Shown: positions 9,726 to 18,713 of the stretch, piece by piece
How positions within the stretch are numbered: position 1 is the first letter of the stretch
Layout of the letters: every line of letters begins with the position of its first letter
Assembly: GCA_965203905.1 (NCBI GenBank)
Contig: CBDBDQ010000005.1
Location: 352,001 to 416,000, forward strand
Length of the DNA: 64,000 nt
Reading direction: 5' to 3'
From: Spirochaetia bacterium
GTDB lineage: Bacteria; Spirochaetota; Spirochaetia; SZUA-6; Bin103
The notes under the pieces: generated by a model
What the model saw: only the letters and a program-made list of their open reading frames with translations
Databases searched by the model: none
Told to the model about the DNA's origin: nothing
Position numbers and translations under genes: made by a program

Positions 9726-10595
9726 GTGAACACCCGCCCGAGACGCCACTTCGGCTACTATCTGAACATCGCCATTCTGCTCCTCATCGCGATATTGATG
9801 ACCTACCCGCTGTGGTACGTGTTCATGTTCAGCGTCAGTTCGAGAGGCGCTGTGTCAAGTGGAGAGCTGCTCTTCTACCCGAAACAATTCACGTTGAACA
9901 ACCTGCGCTTCGTGCTCAGCTCTCCCGAGGTACGGGACGCCTACTACACCACCTTCCTGGTGGTGGTACCCGGTACCATCATGAGCCTCATCGTTACCGC
10001 GCTATTGTCCTATCCGCTGTCTACGAGAATCCCGGGCGTGCCCCTCATTTCGTTGCTGGCCTACATCACCATCGTGTTCCACGGCGGCATCATTCCTACC
10101 TTCGTGATCGTCAAGGCCACCGGTCTGCTGGATACGCGATGGTCTCTGATTCTTCCGCAACTGGTCAATCCATTCTACATCTTCATCATGGTCAAGTTCT
10201 TCCGTCAGATTCCGGCGAGCCTGTCCGAATCCGCCAACATGGACGGCGCTAGCGACTTCACCATCATGTTCCGCATCATGCTGCCCCTGTCGCTGCCGGT
10301 GTTGGCTACCATCAGCTTGTTCTACGCGGTACGCTACTGGAATTCGTTCTTCGATGCCGTCATCTATATCTCGGATCCGAAGAAACGTCCGCTGCAAGTG
10401 CTGTTGCGCAACCTGTTGATCATCGACGAGCACGATCCGGTCGGCGCCAGCACTTCCAAGGAACGGGCCGGGATAACGCGAGAGGGAATCAAGATGACCA
10501 CCACCGTGGTCACCGTGGTACCGATTCTGCTGGTGTATCCGTTCCTGCAGAAGTACTTCGTCAAGGGATTGATGATCGGAGCCGTGAAGGGATAG
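9726..10595 (+). CDS. Carbohydrate ABC permease (LplC-like)
   Basis: GGIIPTF, ESANMDGA, YPFLQKYFVKGLMIGAVKG; GTG start 9726. Confidence 0.88.
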   Translation: MNTRPRRHFGYYLNIAILLLIAILMTYPLWYVFMFSVSSRGAVSSGELLFYPKQFTLNNLRFVLSSPEVRDAYYTTFLVVVPGTIMSLIVTALLSYPLSTRIPGVPLISLLAYITIVFHGGIIPTFVIVKATGLLDTRWSLILPQLVNPFYIFIMVKFFRQIPASLSESANMDGASDFTIMFRIMLPLSLPVLATISLFYAVRYWNSFFDAVIYISDPKKRPLQVLLRNLLIIDEHDPVGASTSKERAGITREGIKMTTTVVTVVPILLVYPFLQKYFVKGLMIGAVKG

Positions 10596-10615
10596 ACCGG
10601 TCGAAGGAGTTACCT

Positions 10616-11734
10616 GTGAGCAACCATGCAGTCCTGTGGGATCCCCGCGTCCCACTGCCGTCCGGCAACGACATCGAGGCATTGCCCAGTGTGCGCCTCA
10701 CGACGATCAAGCCTTACGATCCATACCACGACGGGTACCAGTTTCACCACGGTCCCGCCATCTATGAGCACCGGGACACCATGTACGTTTCGTATGCCGT
10801 CAACAAGCGCAAGGAAAACACGGCCGGCGAGACCGTCCTGGTGCAGCGCAGCACCGATCGGGGAGGCTCCTGGACCGACCCTCGGATCATGCAGCCACCG
10901 CCGCCGCACACCGGCTACACCCACGGCGTGTTCATGGCTCAAGAGGGGCGTTTGTGGGCGTTTCATCCGCAGTTCGGCGACAATCCCTTCCCGCCACCGC
11001 CGGAGACCTACTTCTACAACCGGTTCCGCGGCTTGCGCATGTTCGCCTGGACGCTCGACGAGAGCGCCGACACGTGGCATCCGGAAGGGGTCGTAGCCGA
11101 CAATTTCTGGCCCTACCACGAGCCGCTCAGGATGGACAACGGCAACTGGATCATCCCCGGCATGAGCAAGGACTTCCTGTCGGCGATCGCCATCAGCGAC
11201 GGCGACAACTTCAGGCGCTGGCGCGTCATCCACCCGCCGCTGGGCGGTCTCATGGGAAACGAGTCGACCTGCTGGTTGGCGGCGAACCGAGTGTACCAGG
11301 TGATCAGGAACCAGGCGCCGTGGAACAAGTACGTCACCTACGCGATCTTGAGCGTGAGCGAAGACTACGGCGAGACCTGGACCACGGCCGGCGAAACCAA
11401 TCTGCCCATGACCATCTCCAAGCCGTATTGCGGGGTGCTCAGCAGTGGCCATATCTACCTGCTCGGCAACTGCGTGTACGATCACGGCAATCGGCGCCGC
11501 TTCCTGACCATCGCCATCGGCGACCCCGGCACCCGTATCTTCAATCGAATGTACCTGCTCAGAGATATACAGCGTTCTCCGTCGCCCGCTGGCAAGGCCG
11601 AGATGATCAGCCTGGCCTACCCCCACCTGATCGAGTCAGGTGGCGACGTGTACGTGGTCCACTCGGCCGGGTCGTCCCCCAATATCAACAACATCGATCT
11701 GGCGGTGGTGCCGCTGCAGGAGCTCATCAAGTAG
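10616..11734 (+). CDS. BNR/Asp-box exo-alpha-sialidase-like protein
   Basis: Asp-boxes STDRGGSW and SEDYGETW; C-terminal LAYPH. Confidence 0.78.
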   Translation: MSNHAVLWDPRVPLPSGNDIEALPSVRLTTIKPYDPYHDGYQFHHGPAIYEHRDTMYVSYAVNKRKENTAGETVLVQRSTDRGGSWTDPRIMQPPPPHTGYTHGVFMAQEGRLWAFHPQFGDNPFPPPPETYFYNRFRGLRMFAWTLDESADTWHPEGVVADNFWPYHEPLRMDNGNWIIPGMSKDFLSAIAISDGDNFRRWRVIHPPLGGLMGNESTCWLAANRVYQVIRNQAPWNKYVTYAILSVSEDYGETWTTAGETNLPMTISKPYCGVLSSGHIYLLGNCVYDHGNRRRFLTIAIGDPGTRIFNRMYLLRDIQRSPSPAGKAEMISLAYPHLIESGGDVYVVHSAGSSPNINNIDLAVVPLQELIK

Positions 11735-11969
11735 TTCGGTACTGAGCGGCTGCGCACAGGCGAGCCATGAGATCGGTTGCGCGCTGTCTCTTGGCCGGGT
11801 CCGGATCGCGCATTTCTATCAGCATCAGGGTCTCGATTGCATCCGGATCACCCCGTTCCCCCGTTCCCCCGTTCCGCGGCCGCCAGCGGTGGCGTCAAGG
11901 CAGCGTACTCTCTCGTCCAGGATTGTCCGCGGTCGAGTCCGGGGCTAATCTGCCTCGCAAGGAGGCCCC

Positions 11970-13115
11970 ATGAACCCCGACGTAGTGCAACTGTCGCTGG
12001 ATGACTTCGAGGAAGCGATCGACCTCATCAACTACGTGTTCAGCCAGGCCCACGACCCGCACGACTTCGAACGGCGGCTGCCGAAGCTGTACCGGCCCAC
12101 CGAGGAGCTGATGCGCTGCAACTACGGCGTCCGCCTTCACGGGCGGTTGGTGGCAGTCGCCGGCGCTTACCCGCTGGTCTGGCAGGTCGGCGCGACGGCG
12201 CTGCGGGTGACCGGCATCGCCGGCGTGGCCACCCACCCGCGTCACCGCGACAAGGGGCTGATGGGTGCCGTGGTGAGCCACTGCGTGGCCGAGGCGCGGG
12301 CGGCGGGCTGTCATCTCTCCTGGCTGGATGGCCTGCGCCGCCGCTACCGCCACTTCGGCTACGAGCGCTGCGGTACGGAGCTCGGCTTCCGCCTCGCCGC
12401 CCGCGACTTCGCCGCTGCCGGCATCGACGCCGCCGGGCTGCGGATTCGGCGCCTGCGGGAAGGGGATGGGCTGCTGGCCGAGGCGCAGCGGCTGCACGCG
12501 CGGCAGGAGGTACACTGGCAGCGATCGCCGGCAGAGTTCCTGACCATCTGCATGAGCTGGAACGCCGAACTGTACGCCGCGCTGGATGGGGACGAGTTTG
12601 CGGGCTACCTGATTGCCGGCCGTGACCCGTCCCGGGTCGTGGAGTTGGTCGCGGTCGATGCCGCGGACGCGCCGCGCCTTGCCGCCGGCTGGTGTGCGAC
12701 GCGCGGCGGACGGATAGCCGTGGCTGCCTCACCCTGGCAGACGGTCGCCGGGCGCAGTCTCGGCGCCCTTGCCGACAAGTCGGAGCTGGGCTGCTGCGGC
12801 AACTGGCAGGTGTTCGACTGGCCGGCCCTGCTGGCTGCGGTGCTGGGCGAACGAGCTCGAGCCGGGTCGCTGCCCGGCGGCGAGGCGGTGCTCGAGATCG
12901 CCAGCACCGGCCGGCTACGGCTGTGGGTGGATGGCCCCGCCGCCGGGTGCACCGCCACCAGCGACACGCCTCAGGTGACGCTGGACCCCTTCACCGCCAT
13001 GCGCGTGCTGTTCGGTCCCCTTCCCACGCACTTGAGCGACGCCGCCTCGCTCCCCGCCCCCCTCCACACGTGGTGCCCGCTGCCGCTGCACATTCCCGCG
13101 GCCGATCGCGTCTGA
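11970..13115 (+). CDS. GNAT family N-acetyltransferase (Eis-like)
   Basis: IAGVATHPRHRDKGLMG acetyl-CoA motif, RYRHFGYE, C-terminal SCP2-like segment; RBS AAGGAGG. Confidence 0.8.
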   Translation: MNPDVVQLSLDDFEEAIDLINYVFSQAHDPHDFERRLPKLYRPTEELMRCNYGVRLHGRLVAVAGAYPLVWQVGATALRVTGIAGVATHPRHRDKGLMGAVVSHCVAEARAAGCHLSWLDGLRRRYRHFGYERCGTELGFRLAARDFAAAGIDAAGLRIRRLREGDGLLAEAQRLHARQEVHWQRSPAEFLTICMSWNAELYAALDGDEFAGYLIAGRDPSRVVELVAVDAADAPRLAAGWCATRGGRIAVAASPWQTVAGRSLGALADKSELGCCGNWQVFDWPALLAAVLGERARAGSLPGGEAVLEIASTGRLRLWVDGPAAGCTATSDTPQVTLDPFTAMRVLFGPLPTHLSDAASLPAPLHTWCPLPLHIPAADRV

Positions 13116-13128
13116 GCGCCCCTCGACT

Positions 13129-13156
13129 GCATGACAAAAGCATGATATAAGCATGC
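13129..13156 (+). promoter_or_regulatory. Putative autoregulatory operator and extended -10 of the antitoxin gene
   Basis: GCATG three times at 11-bp spacing (13129, 13140, 13151), overlapping TG-A-TATAAG. Confidence 0.5.
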
Positions 13157-13160
13157 CAGG

Positions 13161-13376
13161 ATGAATCTCCAGGTCAAGAACGTATCGCCCGATCTGCACG
13201 CGCGCCTGCGCCGCCATGCCCGAGCCCGCAGGAGCAGCATGAGCGAGGTGGTGCTCACCGCCGTCGAACGCGAACTGTCCCGGCACGAATGGCGCGAGCG
13301 TCTCGCCCGACGTCCCGAAACGGAACTCGCGGTCTCGGCTGCCGCGCTTCTGGAGCAGGAGCGGGCTATCCCTTGA
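13161..13376 (+). CDS. FitA/VapB-like ribbon-helix-helix antitoxin, no adjacent toxin
   Basis: NLQVKNVSPDLHARLRRHARARRSSMSEVV RHH pattern. Confidence 0.7.
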   Translation: MNLQVKNVSPDLHARLRRHARARRSSMSEVVLTAVERELSRHEWRERLARRPETELAVSAAALLEQERAIP

Positions 13377-14247
13377 TGCCCCCCAGCCGGACGCCCTGTA
13401 CGAAGTACTTTTGGATGAACGGATAGACACACAGGATCGGAACTGTCGTGATGACGATCATCGCCGTCTTCAGCGACTGCGCCGGCGGCATCGTCCTGAG
13501 GTCTATCATCGCCTCGGCCTCGTCCAGAAGGCCGCGGATGAGAATGGAACGAAGTCGGTTCTGCAGCGGCAGCTTGCGCGGGTCACTGATGAAGATGAAG
13601 GCCTGGAACCATTCGTTCCAATGGTAGACCGCATAGAACAGCCCTATGGTCGCAATTGCCGCCGTCGATAGCGGCAGCACGATGCGGACTATGATGTAGC
13701 CGATCGAGGCCCCGTCCATGATTGCGGCTTCCTCGAAATCCTTGGGCAGCTCCATGAAGAAGTTGCGCATGATCAGCATCCACCAGGCGTTCACCAGGTT
13801 GGGCAGCACCAGCGCCCAGAAGCTGTTGATCAGGCCGACCTTCTCCACCAGCATGTACAGTGGAATGAGGCCGCCGCTGAACACCATGGTAAAGAACACC
13901 GCCAGCGTCACGGCAGTACGTCCCAGAAACCTCTTGCTGAGCGCGTACGCCAACAGGATGGTGACCGCCATGTTGCAGCACGTACCCACGGTGATGCGCA
14001 GAACACTCACGGCCATTCCACGAAACACGAGACCACGCGTTGCCAGCAGCGTCTGGTAGGCATCCAGCACCGGCGCTTCGGGCCAGAGCACGAAAGCCCC
14101 TTTCCGCGTCCACTCGGCCTGACTGGTCAACGAGGTCCCGATCACGCTCAGGAACGGTATCAGGCAGAATATCGCGAACAGCGCCAGCGCGCCGAAATTC
14201 ACCACGTTGAAAGGGATGTCGCCGCTGTGCTTTTTCATTGCAACCAT
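13366..14247 (-). CDS. Carbohydrate ABC permease (LplC-like)
   Basis: FSGGLIPLY, EEAAIMDGA, YPFIQKYFVQGV; TGATG-coupled start. Confidence 0.9.
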   Translation of the reverse strand: MVAMKKHSGDIPFNVVNFGALALFAIFCLIPFLSVIGTSLTSQAEWTRKGAFVLWPEAPVLDAYQTLLATRGLVFRGMAVSVLRITVGTCCNMAVTILLAYALSKRFLGRTAVTLAVFFTMVFSGGLIPLYMLVEKVGLINSFWALVLPNLVNAWWMLIMRNFFMELPKDFEEAAIMDGASIGYIIVRIVLPLSTAAIATIGLFYAVYHWNEWFQAFIFISDPRKLPLQNRLRSILIRGLLDEAEAMIDLRTMPPAQSLKTAMIVITTVPILCVYPFIQKYFVQGVRLGGIKG

Positions 14248-15173
14248 CAGAACAGCCCGGAATGACCCAGCCTCTTGGCGACGAAGTTGCACAACAGGAG
14301 CAGCACCATCGCGGCCACCGACTTGAACACGCCGACCGCGGTTGCGAAAGAGTACTGCATGGCGAGCAAGCCGGAACGGTAGACGTAGGTGTCTATTATG
14401 TCGGCCACCTCGTACACCGGCTCCGAGTACAACAGCAGTATCAGCTCGAACCCGGCGTCAAGCAGTCTGCCCACGGCGAAAATCAGCAGCAACCCGATTA
14501 TGAAACTGATGCTGGGCAGCGTGATGTAACGGATCTTCTGCATCCTGTTGGCACCGTCGATCACCGCTGACTCGTAGAGCTCGGGATCGATGCTGCTGAT
14601 GGCGGCCAGGTAGAGAATGCTCTCCCAGCCGGTATGCTGCCAGATGTGGGTTACCACCAGGATCCAGCGGAAGTACCGGGGGTCTCCCAGAAACAGGTGC
14701 GGCTGCCCGCCCAGCAGGACGATCGCGCTGTTCAGAATGCCGCCGTCGACGGACAGGAACATCATGACCAGCCCGGCTACCACCACCGTCGAAAAGAAGT
14801 GCGGAATATACGCGATGGTCTGTATGGTGCGCTTGAATCCCCGCTGCAGTACCTCGTTCAACGACAGCGCCAGGAGGATCGGGATCGGAAACCCGAACAT
14901 GATCAGCATGACGCGGATCAGTATCGTGTTGCGCAGGATTTCCCAGAAATAGTACGACTCGAAGAAGCGCTGGAACCACTTGATGCCGACGAAGGGCTTG
15001 GTAAGGATGTCCTGAACGCTGGAGAATGGAGATACGTCCTTGAACGCTATGATGATACCGAACATCGGGACGTATCGAAATAACAAGAAGAACAGTACGC
15101 CCGCGGCGGCGATGGCATAGTATGGAAGGCTCTTCTTCAAAGCCTTGCGGAAGTCCGAAGTGTCAACTACCAC
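14247..15173 (-). CDS. Carbohydrate ABC permease (LplB-like)
   Basis: YVPMFG, YIPHFFS, YESAVIDGA. Confidence 0.9.
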   Translation of the reverse strand: MVVDTSDFRKALKKSLPYYAIAAAGVLFFLLFRYVPMFGIIIAFKDVSPFSSVQDILTKPFVGIKWFQRFFESYYFWEILRNTILIRVMLIMFGFPIPILLALSLNEVLQRGFKRTIQTIAYIPHFFSTVVVAGLVMMFLSVDGGILNSAIVLLGGQPHLFLGDPRYFRWILVVTHIWQHTGWESILYLAAISSIDPELYESAVIDGANRMQKIRYITLPSISFIIGLLLIFAVGRLLDAGFELILLLYSEPVYEVADIIDTYVYRSGLLAMQYSFATAVGVFKSVAAMVLLLLCNFVAKRLGHSGLF

Positions 15174-15194
15174 GGATCATTCGTCACTAACCGA

Positions 15195-15234
15195 CGACGA
15201 GCCGGAAGAACCCGGTCGGTTCCCCGGCTCGTCG
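15195..15234 (-). terminator. Stem-loop after SBP gene
   Basis: CGACGAGCCGG...CCGGCTCGTCG. Confidence 0.55.
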
Positions 15235-15265
15235 GCATGCGATTGCGGATGGTTCCGATCTCCGC

Positions 15266-16753
15266 TTACTTCTTGTGGATATTGTACTGCCGGGTGTACT
15301 CCGCGGACACCTTTTCGTAGCCCGCCTTCTTCAGTTCATTGAGGAAATCGTCCCACTCCGCCATAGGGCGGATGCCCATGATGAACTTGACCTGCTCCTC
15401 GCTCAGCATACGCGTGATGTCGCTCCACGCCCCGACGTTGTCCTGTGCCGCCTTGAAGTCGTAGGGGACGTAGTAGTCGAACGGCATCTTGCCGAAGTCG
15501 TACTCGTACTGGTAGTCCTTCATGTGCAGGTAATGCTTTTTCAGATCCTCCGAGTCAGGGGCGTACAGGATCGAAATCGGGAGACTGGTCGCGACCATGA
15601 ACTCCGACACGTAGTCCTGGTTGAGGCGCCTTATGAAATACGGATTCGCGGGGTCCTCCCACTCCCAGTCTATCCCCTTTACGCCGTACTCGGCGGTTGC
15701 CGCATTCTCCGCATTGTTGGTGTCGAACTGCCAGTTCATGAGCTTCATCGCGGCTGCCGGATCGGGACTGTCCTTGGAGATCATGAAGGCCGCGGTGAGA
15801 CTCACGAAATTGGTGGCGGCCGGTCCATTGTCACTCACCAGCGGCTTCGGGAACACGTACGTCTTGTCGAATCCGCCGGCCGCGATCAGGCGCTGCACGT
15901 GGATGGTCATCCGCGAATACCAGCCCGCGAAGATACCAACGTTGCCGCGCTTGATGATCTCGGCGTCATCATGCTTGACGAACGTGTCCGGGTGGAAGTA
16001 GCCCTGGCCGTACCACTCTGCCATGGTCGCAATGAAGTCGCGGTAACCGGGCGCGAACTCCGGGATCTGTACGTTGCCCTGGTGGTCCAGCCAGCGGGCG
16101 TTGCCGCCTTCCACAAAGGCGCCGGCCCAGGCGTTGCGCAGATGCTCGAAACTGCTCGACAGCATTACCGCATCGGGATTGACTTCGCGCATCTTGAGCA
16201 GCGCGCCTTCGAGTTCCTCGAAAGTCGTTGGCAACTCCATTCCGGCGTCATCCAGCATGTTCTGTTGGAACCACGTGAAGAACGTATGTGCCATGATTCC
16301 AAGCCGTGGGATTCCCCAGATGTTGCCGTCGGAATCGGTCATTCCGTTCCACCACAGCTCGGGGAAGGCTGCCTTGATGTTGGGCCCGTAATCGTCCAGC
16401 AACTGGTTGATGGGCTGCACCGCCTCGAGGTATTCGGGCCAGTTGCCGGTGAAGACATCGATCCTGGGATTGCCCGACGACAGCGCCAGGTTCAGCTTGG
16501 TCCTGAATTCGGGTGAGTACGGGTCGGTTGCGTGACCGACCGGCTTGACGCCGACCGCGTCGGTTATGGCTTGCTGTACCCGCTCGTACACCTCCGGCGG
16601 CGAGCCTTGTGCGGTAACGTTACCGATGGTCGGCCAAATGTAGACCTCCGGTATTGCTTCGGCTGCCGCCCCTTCCTCTGCCCCGGCGGCCCACGCCGTC
16701 CCTGCTGCCAAGAGGCATACGACGGCGAAAATACTAATGAGCGTGCGTTTCAT
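15266..16753 (-). CDS. Carbohydrate ABC solute-binding protein
   Basis: MKRTLISIFAVV...AWAAGAEE signal, KFIMGIRPMAEWDDF C-terminus; RBS GAGGAGG. Confidence 0.9.
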   Translation of the reverse strand: MKRTLISIFAVVCLLAAGTAWAAGAEEGAAAEAIPEVYIWPTIGNVTAQGSPPEVYERVQQAITDAVGVKPVGHATDPYSPEFRTKLNLALSSGNPRIDVFTGNWPEYLEAVQPINQLLDDYGPNIKAAFPELWWNGMTDSDGNIWGIPRLGIMAHTFFTWFQQNMLDDAGMELPTTFEELEGALLKMREVNPDAVMLSSSFEHLRNAWAGAFVEGGNARWLDHQGNVQIPEFAPGYRDFIATMAEWYGQGYFHPDTFVKHDDAEIIKRGNVGIFAGWYSRMTIHVQRLIAAGGFDKTYVFPKPLVSDNGPAATNFVSLTAAFMISKDSPDPAAAMKLMNWQFDTNNAENAATAEYGVKGIDWEWEDPANPYFIRRLNQDYVSEFMVATSLPISILYAPDSEDLKKHYLHMKDYQYEYDFGKMPFDYYVPYDFKAAQDNVGAWSDITRMLSEEQVKFIMGIRPMAEWDDFLNELKKAGYEKVSAEYTRQYNIHKK

Positions 16754-16772
16754 TGCGCCCTCCTCTCGCGTC

Positions 16773-16800
16773 AGCTTAGCGATTGGCGGCCGGCTGTCAA
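16773..16800 (-). promoter_or_regulatory. Putative sigma70 promoter
   Basis: TTGACA-16 bp-TAAGCT. Confidence 0.5.
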
Positions 16801-16865
16801 CGCGGGGGTGGCGCGGTGGGCGCGGTCGGCGTAGTACCGGCAAGCGTGCCCCTCAGGAGCCGCGG

Positions 16866-18632
16866 CTAAGGAACGAGGGTGAAGGGGGCGCGCAGCGCAG
16901 CGATCTCTTGCTGCAGCGTAGCGACGAGTTGGTCCAGGGGAACGATGCGGCGGTCGCTCTCGCCGCGGCGCGACAGCTCGGCACCGCCGGCTGCCAGGGA
17001 GCGTTCGCCGATCACCACCCGTAACGGCAGGCCGCGCAGGTCGGCGTCGGTGAACTTGACGCCGGCGCTCAGGTCGCGGCGGTCGTCGTAGAGCACCTCA
17101 ATGCCGGCGGCGACCAGTGCCTCGAACACCTGCTCGGCCGCCTGCCAGGTCTCCTCCTTGCGCGCCAGTGCCACCAGGGCGACCTGGTAGGGGGCCACCG
17201 CCACGGGCAGCACCAGGCCGTGCTGGTCGCGGTGCTCCTCGGCAACGCAGGCCAGCAGCCGCTCCAGGCCGATGCCGTAGGAGCCCATTACGATGGGATG
17301 TGCAACGCCCGCCTCGTCGGCGAAGCGTGCCTCCAGCGCCTCGGCGTAGCGGGTGCCGAGCTGGAAGATGTTGCCCACCTCGACCCCGCGGGCGAGCCGC
17401 AGCGGGCTGCCGCAGGAGGCGCACGGCGCGCCGTCGAAGGCGGCCGCCACCTGGCCTACCACCGTCGGCTGGTAGTCGCGCCCGCAACAGACGTTGCGCA
17501 GATGGTAGTCGCTCTTGTTGGCCCCCATCACCAGGTTGGCGCTCTCGGCCACCCAGCGGTCGACCACGAAGATCGCCGCTCCGGGGTCGATGCCCACGGG
17601 CGAGGCGAAGCCGGGCACCATGCCGGTGGCGGCGATCTCGTCCGCGTGCGCGGGCCGCAGTTCCCCCACCCCGGCCAGGTTCTGCACCTGGGTCAGGTTC
17701 ACCTCCAGGTCGCCGCGCACAATTGCCGCCACCACCCGCGCCTCCGGGCCATCCGGCGCCGACGCGTAGAACACCATCTTCGCCGTCTGTTGCGGCGCGA
17801 TCCGCAGGTACGCGGCCAGCTCCTCGATGGTCGCGGCCCCCGGCGTGTGCACCTCCTCCAACGCGGCCGGCTCGCCGGCGGCCGGCTGCAGGCCGAACTC
17901 CGCGACCTCGCGGTTGGCGGCGTAACCGCATTGCTCGCACAGCGCCAGGCTGTCCTCGCCGCCGGGAGTCAGGTACATGAACTCGTGGGCGACCGCGCCG
18001 CCCATCATGCCGGTGTCGCTGCGCACCGCGGTCAGCGGCACCCCGGTACGCTGCCCGATCCGCTGGTAGGCCTCGTAGTGGGCACGGTACTGCCGCTCCA
18101 GCCCGGCCTGGTCGCGGTCCAGCGAGTAGGAGTCCTTCATCCGGAACTCGCGCACCCGGATCAGTCCGCCGCGCGGACGCAGCTCGTCGCGGAACTTGGT
18201 CTGCACCTGGTACACCAGGGCGGGGAGCTGGCGGTAGGAGGTGATCTCCGAGGCGGCGTGCAGCGCCACCGCCTCCTCGTGGGTCATGGCCAGCACCAGG
18301 TCGCGCTCGCGGCGGTCGCGAAAGCGCACCAGGGTGGCGTCGACGGCGTGCCAGCGCCCGGTGGCCTGCCACAGGTCGGCGGGGTGCACCACCGGCAGCG
18401 ACAGCTCCTGGCCGCCGATGCAGTCCATCTCCTGGCGCAGGATCTGCTCGATCTTGCGCAGCGCGCGCCAGCCGAGCGGCAGCAGGGAGAAGATGCCGGC
18501 CGCCACCTGGCGCACGTAGCCGGCGCGCAGCAGGAGCGCATGCGAGTCCAGCTCGGCTTCGGCGGGGGTGTGGCGCAACGTGCTCCCGAACAGGCTCGAC
18601 ACCCGCTGTCCGATTCGTTCCGTGCTCTGCAA
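16866..18632 (-). CDS. proS: Proline--tRNA ligase, bacterial type with INS editing domain
   Basis: LAMTHEE, QTKFRDELRPRGGLIRVREF (motif 2), GVEVGNIFQLG, MGSYGIGLER (motif 3), anticodon domain VLYDDR; start may be a few codons downstream. Confidence 0.96.
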   Translation of the reverse strand: MQSTERIGQRVSSLFGSTLRHTPAEAELDSHALLLRAGYVRQVAAGIFSLLPLGWRALRKIEQILRQEMDCIGGQELSLPVVHPADLWQATGRWHAVDATLVRFRDRRERDLVLAMTHEEAVALHAASEITSYRQLPALVYQVQTKFRDELRPRGGLIRVREFRMKDSYSLDRDQAGLERQYRAHYEAYQRIGQRTGVPLTAVRSDTGMMGGAVAHEFMYLTPGGEDSLALCEQCGYAANREVAEFGLQPAAGEPAALEEVHTPGAATIEELAAYLRIAPQQTAKMVFYASAPDGPEARVVAAIVRGDLEVNLTQVQNLAGVGELRPAHADEIAATGMVPGFASPVGIDPGAAIFVVDRWVAESANLVMGANKSDYHLRNVCCGRDYQPTVVGQVAAAFDGAPCASCGSPLRLARGVEVGNIFQLGTRYAEALEARFADEAGVAHPIVMGSYGIGLERLLACVAEEHRDQHGLVLPVAVAPYQVALVALARKEETWQAAEQVFEALVAAGIEVLYDDRRDLSAGVKFTDADLRGLPLRVVIGERSLAAGGAELSRRGESDRRIVPLDQLVATLQQEIAALRAPFTLVP

Positions 18633-18713
18633 TGGATAGTCCTTATCGGTCCTGACGGCAGTCGGCGGATGGCTCGGACGGCGCCGGCGACCCCGCGAGC
18701 GCCGGCGCCACGG

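Noticed and set aside
11851-11876. CCCCGTTC x3 microsatellite
   Set aside because: Short low-complexity 8-bp repeat with no clear promoter association
18633-18713. T-box leader upstream of proS
   Set aside because: The gap is only about 80 bp and has no T-box consensus; only a GC-rich hairpin
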